Of a DNA stretch of 61,321 bases, positions 29,222 to 37,743 are shown piece after piece. The position numbers and the translations under genes are program-made. Source of the DNA: a bacterium. GTDB taxonomy: Bacteria > Hydrothermota > 32-111. A model generated the notes under the pieces. The model did no database searches. It saw only the letters and a list, made by a program, of their open reading frames with translations, and was not told the origin of the DNA. The stretch is taken from the NCBI GenBank assembly GCA_050239825.1, contig JBFXGO010000009.1, positions 1-61,321 of the forward strand, given 5' to 3'. The first letter of the stretch is position 1; each line of letters starts with the position of its first letter.

Positions 29222-30313
29222 TTATACTATGATTTTTTTTATAAAATCGGAAGTCATAGAGACAGTGCGTGACCAATTGAAGTTCAAAGCCCATTTGTAT
29301 GAATTGTCGCAGAACTCCAAATACCTCTTTTTATCTCCAATGATATTATCAAGCTTCATTGACAAGTCGGCAATATCTCCGTAAGTGTAAAGAAGACCTG
29401 AATAATTTTCTTTTACAGAGTCTCTAAGACCGGGAACATTAGCTGACAAAACAGGAGTCCCGAGTGAGTTCGCTTCAATATTGACAATCCCCCACCCTTC
29501 TATGAGTGACGGATAAATAGAGACCCACGCCTCTTTCAGAATCTCAAATTTTCTCTGCTCCGACACATACCCTGTAAAAATAATTCTATCATAGAGATTC
29601 ATTTTTCTAACAAGATTTTCAAGCTTCTCCCTGTAATCTCCGGTTCCCACAATCATAAGTTTTGCTTCTTTATGTTTTTTTAGTATCTCCGGCATTGCCA
29701 AAATTATATGGTCGATTGATTTATATTTTTTCAGCCTCCCAACATAAACGAGGAGCGGATAATCGGTTTTCTTAACATCCGGGAAGTCAATTGAATCAAC
29801 TCCGCATTCTGCCACCATTATCCTCTCTTTATCTATGCCTCGTCCCATAAGGTCATCCTTCGTGGATTTTGAAATCACTTCAAAATATGAATCTCTGTAA
29901 ACTCTTTTTATAGGCTTTTCGGAAAGATATACATACAATGCTCCCCAAAACGGCGCCTGTTTGAATATGGTGTTGCCAAAAATATGCGGTATTACAACCA
30001 TTACAGGTATGTTTGTAAATGTAGGCGTATAGAAGGGCACTTTATTTATATCTTCTATAATTAAATCTATATTATATTCCTTTATGATGCGCTTAATGTT
30101 TAGATAAACCGCAAAATTGAATGTCAGTTCATGCCCGATGCGAATATATTTCACCTTATTTATCTCTTCATTAACAGAACCCTTAAATGAACTTGACAAG
30201 AAAAACACATTATTCTCTTCTGCAAGATGTTCAGCGATTTTTGTGATGTGAATCTCCGCTCCTCCGTAAAGAGGATTCTGTAAGTCGCGCCAATTTATTA
30301 TAAGTATGTTCAT
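29222..30313 (-). CDS. Glycosyltransferase family 4
   Basis: NWRD..NPLYGGAE, VGRLKKYK and EGWGIVNIEA. Confidence 0.92.
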   Translation of the reverse strand: MNILIINWRDLQNPLYGGAEIHITKIAEHLAEENNVFFLSSSFKGSVNEEINKVKYIRIGHELTFNFAVYLNIKRIIKEYNIDLIIEDINKVPFYTPTFTNIPVMVVIPHIFGNTIFKQAPFWGALYVYLSEKPIKRVYRDSYFEVISKSTKDDLMGRGIDKERIMVAECGVDSIDFPDVKKTDYPLLVYVGRLKKYKSIDHIILAMPEILKKHKEAKLMIVGTGDYREKLENLVRKMNLYDRIIFTGYVSEQRKFEILKEAWVSIYPSLIEGWGIVNIEANSLGTPVLSANVPGLRDSVKENYSGLLYTYGDIADLSMKLDNIIGDKKRYLEFCDNSYKWALNFNWSRTVSMTSDFIKKIIV

Positions 30314-30423
30314 ATCAATCCATTTTACATATAGATTTTTTAAGTCAAGTGAAAAAATTATATACCCTATTGACTTTTGTCAAATGTTTTGTTATCATTT
30401 TACTAATTAACAAAGGAGGTTTT

Positions 30424-30510
30424 ATGAGCGAAAGAAAAGCAAAAAGATTTATAAATTTTGCAGCCTTAATGCTGGTGATGCTTACAATACTGCTTGCATT
30501 AAAAAAATGA
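30424..30510 (+). CDS. Putative 28-aa single-TM small protein
   Basis: Promoter TTGACT-17-TATCAT (30370-30398), RBS AAGGAGG and sequence MSERKAKRFINFAALMLVMLTILLALKK. Confidence 0.6.
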   Translation: MSERKAKRFINFAALMLVMLTILLALKK

Positions 30511-30603
30511 TGGACCCTGCATTTTTCAACTCTTTGTTGCATTTCAGGCCCTATGTGCAATGGTTAGAAATCTACATGTCAACCAATTCACAAAGGAGGT
30601 TTT

Positions 30604-33600
30604 ATGAGCAAATCTGTTTATTTCCCCATCTTATCCGTTACATGGGATGGCGTCATGAAACTCTTTCTTTTGACTTCCGCAATTTTCTCTTATCTTCTAA
30701 TCACTTCTCTATCTCTATCGCCCGAATCATCTCCCGACTCTCTCTTTGATGCCGGCTTTTCCTCTATGCAGAGCATAGAGCGAATACTTCTCTTTTCAAA
30801 GTATGCGCTTGTCGTTTCGTCGAACTCGCTAAATGTCGACGAAGCTCTGCACATACTCCTTCTTGCCGGCTACAAATCCGAAAGCATCAGATCAGCCGAC
30901 CCTTCATTCCATTCAGTCAAAAGGTCTGTTGATTCGGTTATCTCGATTAATGGCAGGCCTTCCTTCATTCTCATCATAGGCGACGAAAACATGGTTGAGC
31001 CTCAAAGAAGCAGGGTAAATCCCTACTCTCTTAAGAGTTTTTCGACTGATTTCGACTATGGACTATCTGAGAAAGATTTTTTTACATTCATCACTGTTGC
31101 GAGAATACCGGTGCGGTCGCAGGAATCCCTCGACAGGTATATCGGAAATGCAAAGAGGATGCTCTTCTCCGACTGCTCATCATCATATTCCAACATTGCC
31201 CCCTTTTATGATGCTTCAAGCGACTCTGTTGAGGATTACCTTTACTATACTCTCTCCTACAGGTCTGCAAAACTTCTGCCCAGCGGGAAAATTCACTCCG
31301 GAACCAATTCGATTTTTCCGAAATACCTCTTTGACCTTACAGAGATAGACGACTCGCTTTGGTACCCCGAGTATGACTGGAGTGTTTCAACTGATGATAT
31401 TTCTTCTTCGTCTGCGCTATACCTCTCATATAGGGGGCACGGAAACCCCATATCTACAGTGCTTCCGCTGATATCCCTTTCTGATATAGGCGGAATTACA
31501 TTCGAAGGCGGAGGAGTCTTTGCTTCATTCGCTTGCCTGCTATCTGCATTCGACAACATAACGAGCGGCTTTTCATCTTGCTTCGCAGAGTCACTTGTCG
31601 TATCCAGGCAGGGTGGTTCCGTCTCAGTGGGATTCTCGACAGAGACATTCTATCAGCTTAACAATACTCTTCTTCCTGCGTTTCTCGACCATGCAGATGA
31701 TAATGTATTAAAAAACATCTCCTCTCCCTACGGGGCATCAGTAGGGGATGCTGTTAGAAACTCACTATCTTATATGTTGACTCTCTTCGGATTCAATTCC
31801 TATACTGAGTGCCAGATTTCATCCTGCCAGATATTCGGATTTCCCTTCATTTCAACTGCAAAGGAAATCTCCCGGAAACCGTTTTTAGTTCCCGAGTCGC
31901 TTTTAACGGGGGATTCCGTTATAAATGTTGAGCTTCTTGACGATGCTCCCTTTTATCTATCATGGAGAGGAATACCCTACGATTCACTTCCACACACTGC
32001 AGGCACCTACTTCATAAAAACGGAGAACCTTGAGCCGGGTGATACTCTCTTTGCCTCTTCTTATTTTAAGGGACGCCTCTTTGTCGACACGATAATAATC
32101 TCCCAATCTGAGGCAGGCATTTACAATGCTCTTTTAAGCGACAGAACAGGAGACTGCGACGGACTTATAGAGAGCGGAGAGAAAATCGAATTCACATTCT
32201 TCTCCCTTACTCCCTCTCTTCCCTGCACCATCATCTGCAGGGAAGGCTCATACACTGAAGTCCTCTCCGCCCTTTCCGATTCATCCTTTGCCGCTACATT
32301 TAATCTTTCAAAGGATGCATACTCGATAGAGATAACAGTTTTAACAAACGGAAAAAAATTTATCTTCACTTATCCCGCAATGAAATACAGCCCAACCCTC
32401 TCTTCGATAAAAGCAATGGATTCGCCGTTTGTCTTCAGTAGAGAGACTCTGCAGTTCTGCCTTGAATTTAAAAATCCACTTATATTCTCGACTCCATGCT
32501 CTCTGAGGATTCTCGAGTCGCCGGATTACTCATTTTCACCTGACTCTTGGATGATAATCGAGGATGATGAATACGCACTCTTCTTCAGGGAGATGACCTT
32601 CAACTCGGATTCTTCGGATCTAAAATTCGAATACAGGTGCAATCTCTTTACAGACACACTATGCTATCCCTATGTATGCTCAAAGAGAAATTCAATCTTC
32701 ATTTACGACCCGATGAGCCAATATATCAATTCCGCCTTTGTTTCTTTTTTGAGGGACTCACTCAAGTTCTCGCTGAAAATTGAAAATGAGATTGACTGCT
32801 CTCTATTCTGGCCGGCCAACATCTTCGCATTCGGTATATACCCGAACAATGAAAAACTTGATTCATCCGAAGCTCTTTATATAAAGAAGCTTGCATCTCT
32901 CGGTTCATCTGTTCTTATTGACGGAGGAGATGCTCTCGGATATGACAAGGAGGGCATCAAACTGCAGTCACTTTTCAATATATCCTCAGCTCTTGACGGT
33001 CAGACAGTTTATGCCGGCAGCAAAATCTCTTTTCCGGCTTTTGACATACAGCTTTCAGCGGATACTACAGTAAAATTCGTGGATTCATACACATCCTCTT
33101 CACCGTTTCTCTTTGTTGATTCCTATATTGTCGGCTCTATAAGCGAAAACAGGATAGCCCAGTCATATCCTCTGACCAAGCTGGAATGCGAAGACTATAA
33201 CTGGCTTTGCTACCTGTATGCATCCTTTCTTCTCGATTATAATATTGTAATTGATTATCCGAACTCCATTGACATTACATTTAAAAAATCTGCGCAGATT
33301 GCCAACCGTTCAGCCTATCCCGCCGCTCTTAAAATTCTCTATTCAACCTCATTCTTTGATTCTATTGTATTTGAAGATTCCCGCATAATTCTTCCCGACT
33401 CGCAGAAAAACATGCTGTTCTTCATCAAAAGAGGTTCACCCTCCTTTAAAACAGAGATTCTCTTTTCAACCGGTTTTGACACAATGTCAATTGCCGTCTC
33501 CTACTCATCAAATGCAAACCCCAAAAAGACAGAAGCAAAGCTCACTGCTGATGGTTTTTCATTTACAATTTCAGAAGAGGGGCGCCTTCTACTTCCTCCC

Positions 33601-33855
33601 AAAGCCGATAAAACCTGCTTTGTGAAAAAGTGTAAAGACACCTATACGATATTCGGAGACATCCAAAAACTGGAAGGAGAGGAGATTACATTTAGAACCT
33701 CGGAGTATGATATTCTCATCTTGCTTCCCAAAGCTTCATCCTCTTGCCTCAATAAGGAGGCGCAGGATGTTTACAATCTTCTCGGCTCCAAGACAGTCCC
33801 CTCAAAAAGCGGCATATATTTCAGCAAAGACAGCAAGTTCTTCATCATGAGGTAG
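30604..33855 (+). CDS. Divergent C25 (gingipain-like) peptidase with T9SS-like C-terminus
   Basis: ILIIGD, STDFDY and VARIP; His in YRGHG and Cys in FACLL; GDCDGLIESGE; VYNLLG...SGIYF tail. Confidence 0.75.
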   Translation: MSKSVYFPILSVTWDGVMKLFLLTSAIFSYLLITSLSLSPESSPDSLFDAGFSSMQSIERILLFSKYALVVSSNSLNVDEALHILLLAGYKSESIRSADPSFHSVKRSVDSVISINGRPSFILIIGDENMVEPQRSRVNPYSLKSFSTDFDYGLSEKDFFTFITVARIPVRSQESLDRYIGNAKRMLFSDCSSSYSNIAPFYDASSDSVEDYLYYTLSYRSAKLLPSGKIHSGTNSIFPKYLFDLTEIDDSLWYPEYDWSVSTDDISSSSALYLSYRGHGNPISTVLPLISLSDIGGITFEGGGVFASFACLLSAFDNITSGFSSCFAESLVVSRQGGSVSVGFSTETFYQLNNTLLPAFLDHADDNVLKNISSPYGASVGDAVRNSLSYMLTLFGFNSYTECQISSCQIFGFPFISTAKEISRKPFLVPESLLTGDSVINVELLDDAPFYLSWRGIPYDSLPHTAGTYFIKTENLEPGDTLFASSYFKGRLFVDTIIISQSEAGIYNALLSDRTGDCDGLIESGEKIEFTFFSLTPSLPCTIICREGSYTEVLSALSDSSFAATFNLSKDAYSIEITVLTNGKKFIFTYPAMKYSPTLSSIKAMDSPFVFSRETLQFCLEFKNPLIFSTPCSLRILESPDYSFSPDSWMIIEDDEYALFFREMTFNSDSSDLKFEYRCNLFTDTLCYPYVCSKRNSIFIYDPMSQYINSAFVSFLRDSLKFSLKIENEIDCSLFWPANIFAFGIYPNNEKLDSSEALYIKKLASLGSSVLIDGGDALGYDKEGIKLQSLFNISSALDGQTVYAGSKISFPAFDIQLSADTTVKFVDSYTSSSPFLFVDSYIVGSISENRIAQSYPLTKLECEDYNWLCYLYASFLLDYNIVIDYPNSIDITFKKSAQIANRSAYPAALKILYSTSFFDSIVFEDSRIILPDSQKNMLFFIKRGSPSFKTEILFSTGFDTMSIAVSYSSNANPKKTEAKLTADGFSFTISEEGRLLLPPKADKTCFVKKCKDTYTIFGDIQKLEGEEITFRTSEYDILILLPKASSSCLNKEAQDVYNLLGSKTVPSKSGIYFSKDSKFFIMR

Positions 33856-33893
33856 CCGGTTGACAGAATGTGAAAAATACATATCATAAATGA

Positions 33894-34931
33894 ATGAAGA
33901 TAAAAACAACTGTTTTATTGCTAATGATTTCAATATCTCTATCATCATACGAAATAAAACTTTCCGACATAACATCCCTTATAGATTCCATGACAATGAA
34001 AGAGCGCGTATCACAATTATTCTTCCTTTGTTATCCGAAGAAAAGAGATTTCAAAGAGTGCCCGGGGGGTATAATACCCGCAAAGCCTATTTTAAAGGAT
34101 ATGTACAGCGGCAAGTTTAATGCAGAAAAACATTTTTTAAAATACTTTATACCTCCTTTTATAGGAATCGATCAGGAGGGCGGGATGGTAAACAGACTCT
34201 CCTTTATTTACAAATTTCCTCCTATCGGAGAGTTGTATGAAGATGCGGAGAATCAGGCTGACATCATCGAAACACAGGTAAAATTAATGTCATCGCTCGG
34301 AATCAATGTAAACTTCTCCCCCTGCGTCGACCTCTCGTATAAGAGAAACTCATACATAAAGAGGACAAAGAGGGGAATATCCGAGAATCCCGACTCTGTA
34401 ATAGCATTTTCAAAAAGATACATGAAGGCGCACAAGAAGAAGAAGATTCTAAATTCTATCAAACATTTTCCGGGCTATGGAGACACATACGACAACTCCG
34501 ATGATTTTATTACAGATTACAAAGGAACGGAGATTCAACTGTTTGAAAACCTGAGAATATTCTCCTCCCTTATCAAGGATGCCTCATTCGTTATGATGGC
34601 CAATCTGAGATATCCGTCTCTCGACACTCTCCCTGCATTGATGTCAAAATCAATAGTCTCATTTGTAAAATCTCAGGATTCTACAATTATAGTGCTCACG
34701 GATGATATTGCATGCAGAGGTTATTCAAATCCTTATGATGTGCTTAAAAAGTCATTCAATGCTGGTTGTGATATGTTCATTGTTATGGATGACACTCTTT
34801 TCGGACATTTAACGGATTCTATGGTCTCTTGGGTTGAATCGGGAAAGATACAAGAGAGTGATTTGAATAAGAGACTGATAAAGATACTCCTTAAAAAGGA
34901 GTATCTTTATCAGTTATCGAAAAGAAGTTAA
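33894..34931 (+). CDS. Exported GH3 N-terminal-domain glycosidase (NagZ-like)
   Basis: IDQEGGMVNRL, GINVNFSPCVD, KHFPGYG, VLTDD and AGCDM; signal peptide. Confidence 0.85.
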   Translation: MKIKTTVLLLMISISLSSYEIKLSDITSLIDSMTMKERVSQLFFLCYPKKRDFKECPGGIIPAKPILKDMYSGKFNAEKHFLKYFIPPFIGIDQEGGMVNRLSFIYKFPPIGELYEDAENQADIIETQVKLMSSLGINVNFSPCVDLSYKRNSYIKRTKRGISENPDSVIAFSKRYMKAHKKKKILNSIKHFPGYGDTYDNSDDFITDYKGTEIQLFENLRIFSSLIKDASFVMMANLRYPSLDTLPALMSKSIVSFVKSQDSTIIVLTDDIACRGYSNPYDVLKKSFNAGCDMFIVMDDTLFGHLTDSMVSWVESGKIQESDLNKRLIKILLKKEYLYQLSKRS

Positions 34932-34935
34932 GGGT

Positions 34936-36705
34936 CTATAGTTTTACGAAAGATTTTATTACAATCTCGTTGTTGCATCTTCCGACTACAAAGTATATGC
35001 CGTTTCCGCACAAAGATGAGAGTTTTGTATAGCCGGACTTTAAAGTGGTAATCTCTCTGCCCATTACATCAATGACTTTTGCATCTGTAATTCCGGAGAC
35101 AAAGATGTATCCGTCAGCATAATTAACAATCCCTGTCTGCACAGTTTGTTTTGCAGGAGCGAATTTCGTTTCTTTTATCGTTGTTCCGGTATTCAAAAAT
35201 GCCAAATCATAGTTTAAAATTTCTTCAAATGTCGTATAGAGAAAACCGTCCAGATTCTCAGGATAAAGATATTCAAAGGCAAATCCAAGGAATACTGCTT
35301 TATGGGTCACGGCATTGTTAATAATTCCTACAGGTGCCGGAGCTTTAACCACTCCCTCATAAAATGCAGTATCCACAAAGGTATCTCTCAGAAACGGACG
35401 AAGAATGTCATTGCAGGAAGAGGTCTTTGTTTTCATCTCAATGTACTTTGACAGACTATCCATGAAGTACGGCGATGACTTGTCTGCGGAGAAGACCGGT
35501 TCGTCGGTCTTACTGCTTATATAATCAACAGCAAAGTATGTTTCAAGGAATGGAAACTCTGTTCCCCTCTCATTAACTCCCGCTATTCCCAAATCCTCGG
35601 CAATATTGTCTCCCGACATTATTATTTTGCCTCCATATGTAAGATATGTTCCGAGCGCCGTCGTATCATTGGGAGATATGGTATAAGAATCCTCTCCGGT
35701 GTACCATAAAACAGTTGTGTAGGGAGTGTAATAATAATAGGGAGGTCCATATTCTTTTAATTTTATTGAAATGACATCATAGTCAATAATGTACTTATCA
35801 AGAGTCTTTAGAATCGCCACCTCTGTGCCAGGAATCTCTCCGTCATCCTTTACCACAAGCACTCTTCCTATTGAGAAGAATCTTAAAATGTCTCTGAGAT
35901 ACGCTGTTCTGATAAGCTGATTCTCTATCGAGTCTGGCAGAACCTGCTTTCTCACTGGGTATGAGTATGCACCGAAAGCAGTGGTTTGCATAAATGTCTT
36001 GCCCGGAAAATAATGGGGCGCTTTTGTTGCCGGTGGAGTATATGCTGTTGCAGTTGATTTATACAGTTTCCCCTGCTTCTCTCCGGGAACCAAGACTGAA
36101 TAGTAGTATGGGGCTGGTATTGCCTGATAGGGCTCCATACCGTCAACAGAGTAATCAGGGTTTGTTCCCGAGGGATAAACAAATACATAGGGAGGACAGA
36201 AATTCGAATTTGAATCAGTAATGATTGTGTCATACCCTGTATAGGTGGTTCCTCCGTCATAGGACATTGAATTGTTGAAATACATGTTTAAAAAATACTT
36301 ATCATTGACAGTCAAAAAATGGGCAACATTGTTTCCCTCAATGTAAAGACAGCCTCCGTTTTCAAGGTAGCCGCGTAAATTGCTTAAGTCAGTGGGCGTC
36401 ATTATCTCGTCAGTATAGAGTCTTGGCCCGCAGACGACAAAAACAGCCGCATAATCAACAAGGTCCTTCCAACTCGGAAGGGTGGTTGATACCCTGAGAT
36501 TTTTCTTCAATGTATCTTCAAAACCAAGTTTGTATAAGGACTTTTTCAGATTTGCCTCATATCCGATGAACAACTCCAAGTTGTCCGGATTTCTAAATGT
36601 GGCTCCCTTGTCATCATCCCAAATGAGGATATTGACATTCTCATAGTGTTGTGCTCCGACAAGCATTGCGCCTATCAGAACCAAAAGTAAAATCGCTTTT
36701 TTCAT
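34936..36705 (-). CDS. Secreted protein with two similar alpha/beta modules and T9SS C-terminal domain
   Basis: RBS GGAGG and signal peptide; ILIWDDD..YLENGGCLYIEG is repeated as VLVVKDD..YLTYGGKIIMSG; DVMGR...NGIYFV tail. Confidence 0.7.
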   Translation of the reverse strand: MKKAILLLVLIGAMLVGAQHYENVNILIWDDDKGATFRNPDNLELFIGYEANLKKSLYKLGFEDTLKKNLRVSTTLPSWKDLVDYAAVFVVCGPRLYTDEIMTPTDLSNLRGYLENGGCLYIEGNNVAHFLTVNDKYFLNMYFNNSMSYDGGTTYTGYDTIITDSNSNFCPPYVFVYPSGTNPDYSVDGMEPYQAIPAPYYYSVLVPGEKQGKLYKSTATAYTPPATKAPHYFPGKTFMQTTAFGAYSYPVRKQVLPDSIENQLIRTAYLRDILRFFSIGRVLVVKDDGEIPGTEVAILKTLDKYIIDYDVISIKLKEYGPPYYYYTPYTTVLWYTGEDSYTISPNDTTALGTYLTYGGKIIMSGDNIAEDLGIAGVNERGTEFPFLETYFAVDYISSKTDEPVFSADKSSPYFMDSLSKYIEMKTKTSSCNDILRPFLRDTFVDTAFYEGVVKAPAPVGIINNAVTHKAVFLGFAFEYLYPENLDGFLYTTFEEILNYDLAFLNTGTTIKETKFAPAKQTVQTGIVNYADGYIFVSGITDAKVIDVMGREITTLKSGYTKLSSLCGNGIYFVVGRCNNEIVIKSFVKL

Positions 36706-36862
36706 AATTCCTCCGCTTTTATATAACCATAATTTTTTCATCTTATAAATACAAAAGTTTATTAGCAATTATCATACCTATTATATTATTTAAATACTTG
36801 TAAAATACAACTTTATATTTTTAGTTCAAACAAAAAGAGAAGCAGTCCGTGCAAAATTTGCG

Positions 36863-37564
36863 CTATATTCCCCTTACTTCTATTCTGTCTGAAAATTGGG
36901 ATAGAATATCTCTGAATTTTCTCAATTCCTCGGGTCTATATGGTTTTAATGTCTGAAATTCAGGATTTAAAGTCTTTTGCTGTCTGAATTGCTGCAAGGC
37001 TACTCTTTTTGCTCCGTTTATTAAGGAGCCTATCTCCCTTATGTCGTCTGAGGTTACTATTTCCGGCACTACTGTTGTGCGGAATTCATAATCTATTTCC
37101 GAGTTCATTATCAACTCTATAGACCTCTTTATATTTTCCTCCTGCACTGCAACTCCGGCGGCGATGAAATACTTTTTAATTGATGTCTTCACATCCATTG
37201 CTATATAATCAACATTTCCCGATTCTATAACTCTCTTTAAAAGGTCCGGATTGTAGCCGTTTGTATCTATTTTTATTGCCTTTCCGGAAATCCTTTTCAA
37301 CTCCGACATGAAATCGATTATCTCTTTAAATAAAAGAGGTTCGCCTCCTGTGATGCATACCCCCTCAATAAAATTACGCCTGCGGGATAATTCCGAAAAG
37401 ACCCACTCCTCATCTAATTCTTTTGTAGAATCGTTAAGAAGCTCGGGATTGTGACAAAAGGGACATTTGAAATTACATCCGCCCAAAAAAATTGTTGCTG
37501 CAACTTTATCAGGATAATCAAGAAGGGTCACTCCCTGAAAACCCCTAATACTGATATTTTTCAA
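36863..37564 (-). CDS. nrdG: Anaerobic ribonucleotide reductase activating protein (radical SAM)
   Basis: TLLDYP, GCNFKCPFCHN, TGGEP, DTNG and YEFRTT; the start is probably TTG 37564. Confidence 0.9.
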   Translation of the reverse strand: MKNISIRGFQGVTLLDYPDKVAATIFLGGCNFKCPFCHNPELLNDSTKELDEEWVFSELSRRRNFIEGVCITGGEPLLFKEIIDFMSELKRISGKAIKIDTNGYNPDLLKRVIESGNVDYIAMDVKTSIKKYFIAAGVAVQEENIKRSIELIMNSEIDYEFRTTVVPEIVTSDDIREIGSLINGAKRVALQQFRQQKTLNPEFQTLKPYRPEELRKFRDILSQFSDRIEVRGI

Positions 37565-37574
37565 AAAATATTTC

Positions 37575-37742
37575 CTATACTTTGAATTCTTTCCTGTCCT
37601 TGAACTCCTCTTTTTTTCCCTCATTCCAGTTGTTGACAGGCCTGAAATAACCGACAACTCTGCTGTAAATTTCTGTTGGAACCCGCTTTACCTTGATTAC
37701 ATGCTTTTTTTGCACTTCCTCAAATACTTGCACTTTCTCCAT
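37575..37742 (-). CDS. 55-aa stand-alone NrdD C-terminal glycyl-radical domain (not in the ORF track)
   Basis: MEKVQVFEEVQKKHVIKVKRVPTEIYSRVVGYFRPVNNWNEGKKEEFKDRKEFKV*. RBS AGGAG lies 6 nt upstream, and the ATG begins 1 nt after the nrdD TAA. Confidence 0.9.
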   Translation of the reverse strand: MEKVQVFEEVQKKHVIKVKRVPTEIYSRVVGYFRPVNNWNEGKKEEFKDRKEFKV

Positions 37743-37743
37743 T

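Noticed and set aside
37565..37657. Long basic N-terminal extension of NrdG in the track
   Set aside because: It overlaps the real 55-aa glycyl-radical ORF in another frame; NrdG more likely starts at TTG 37564.
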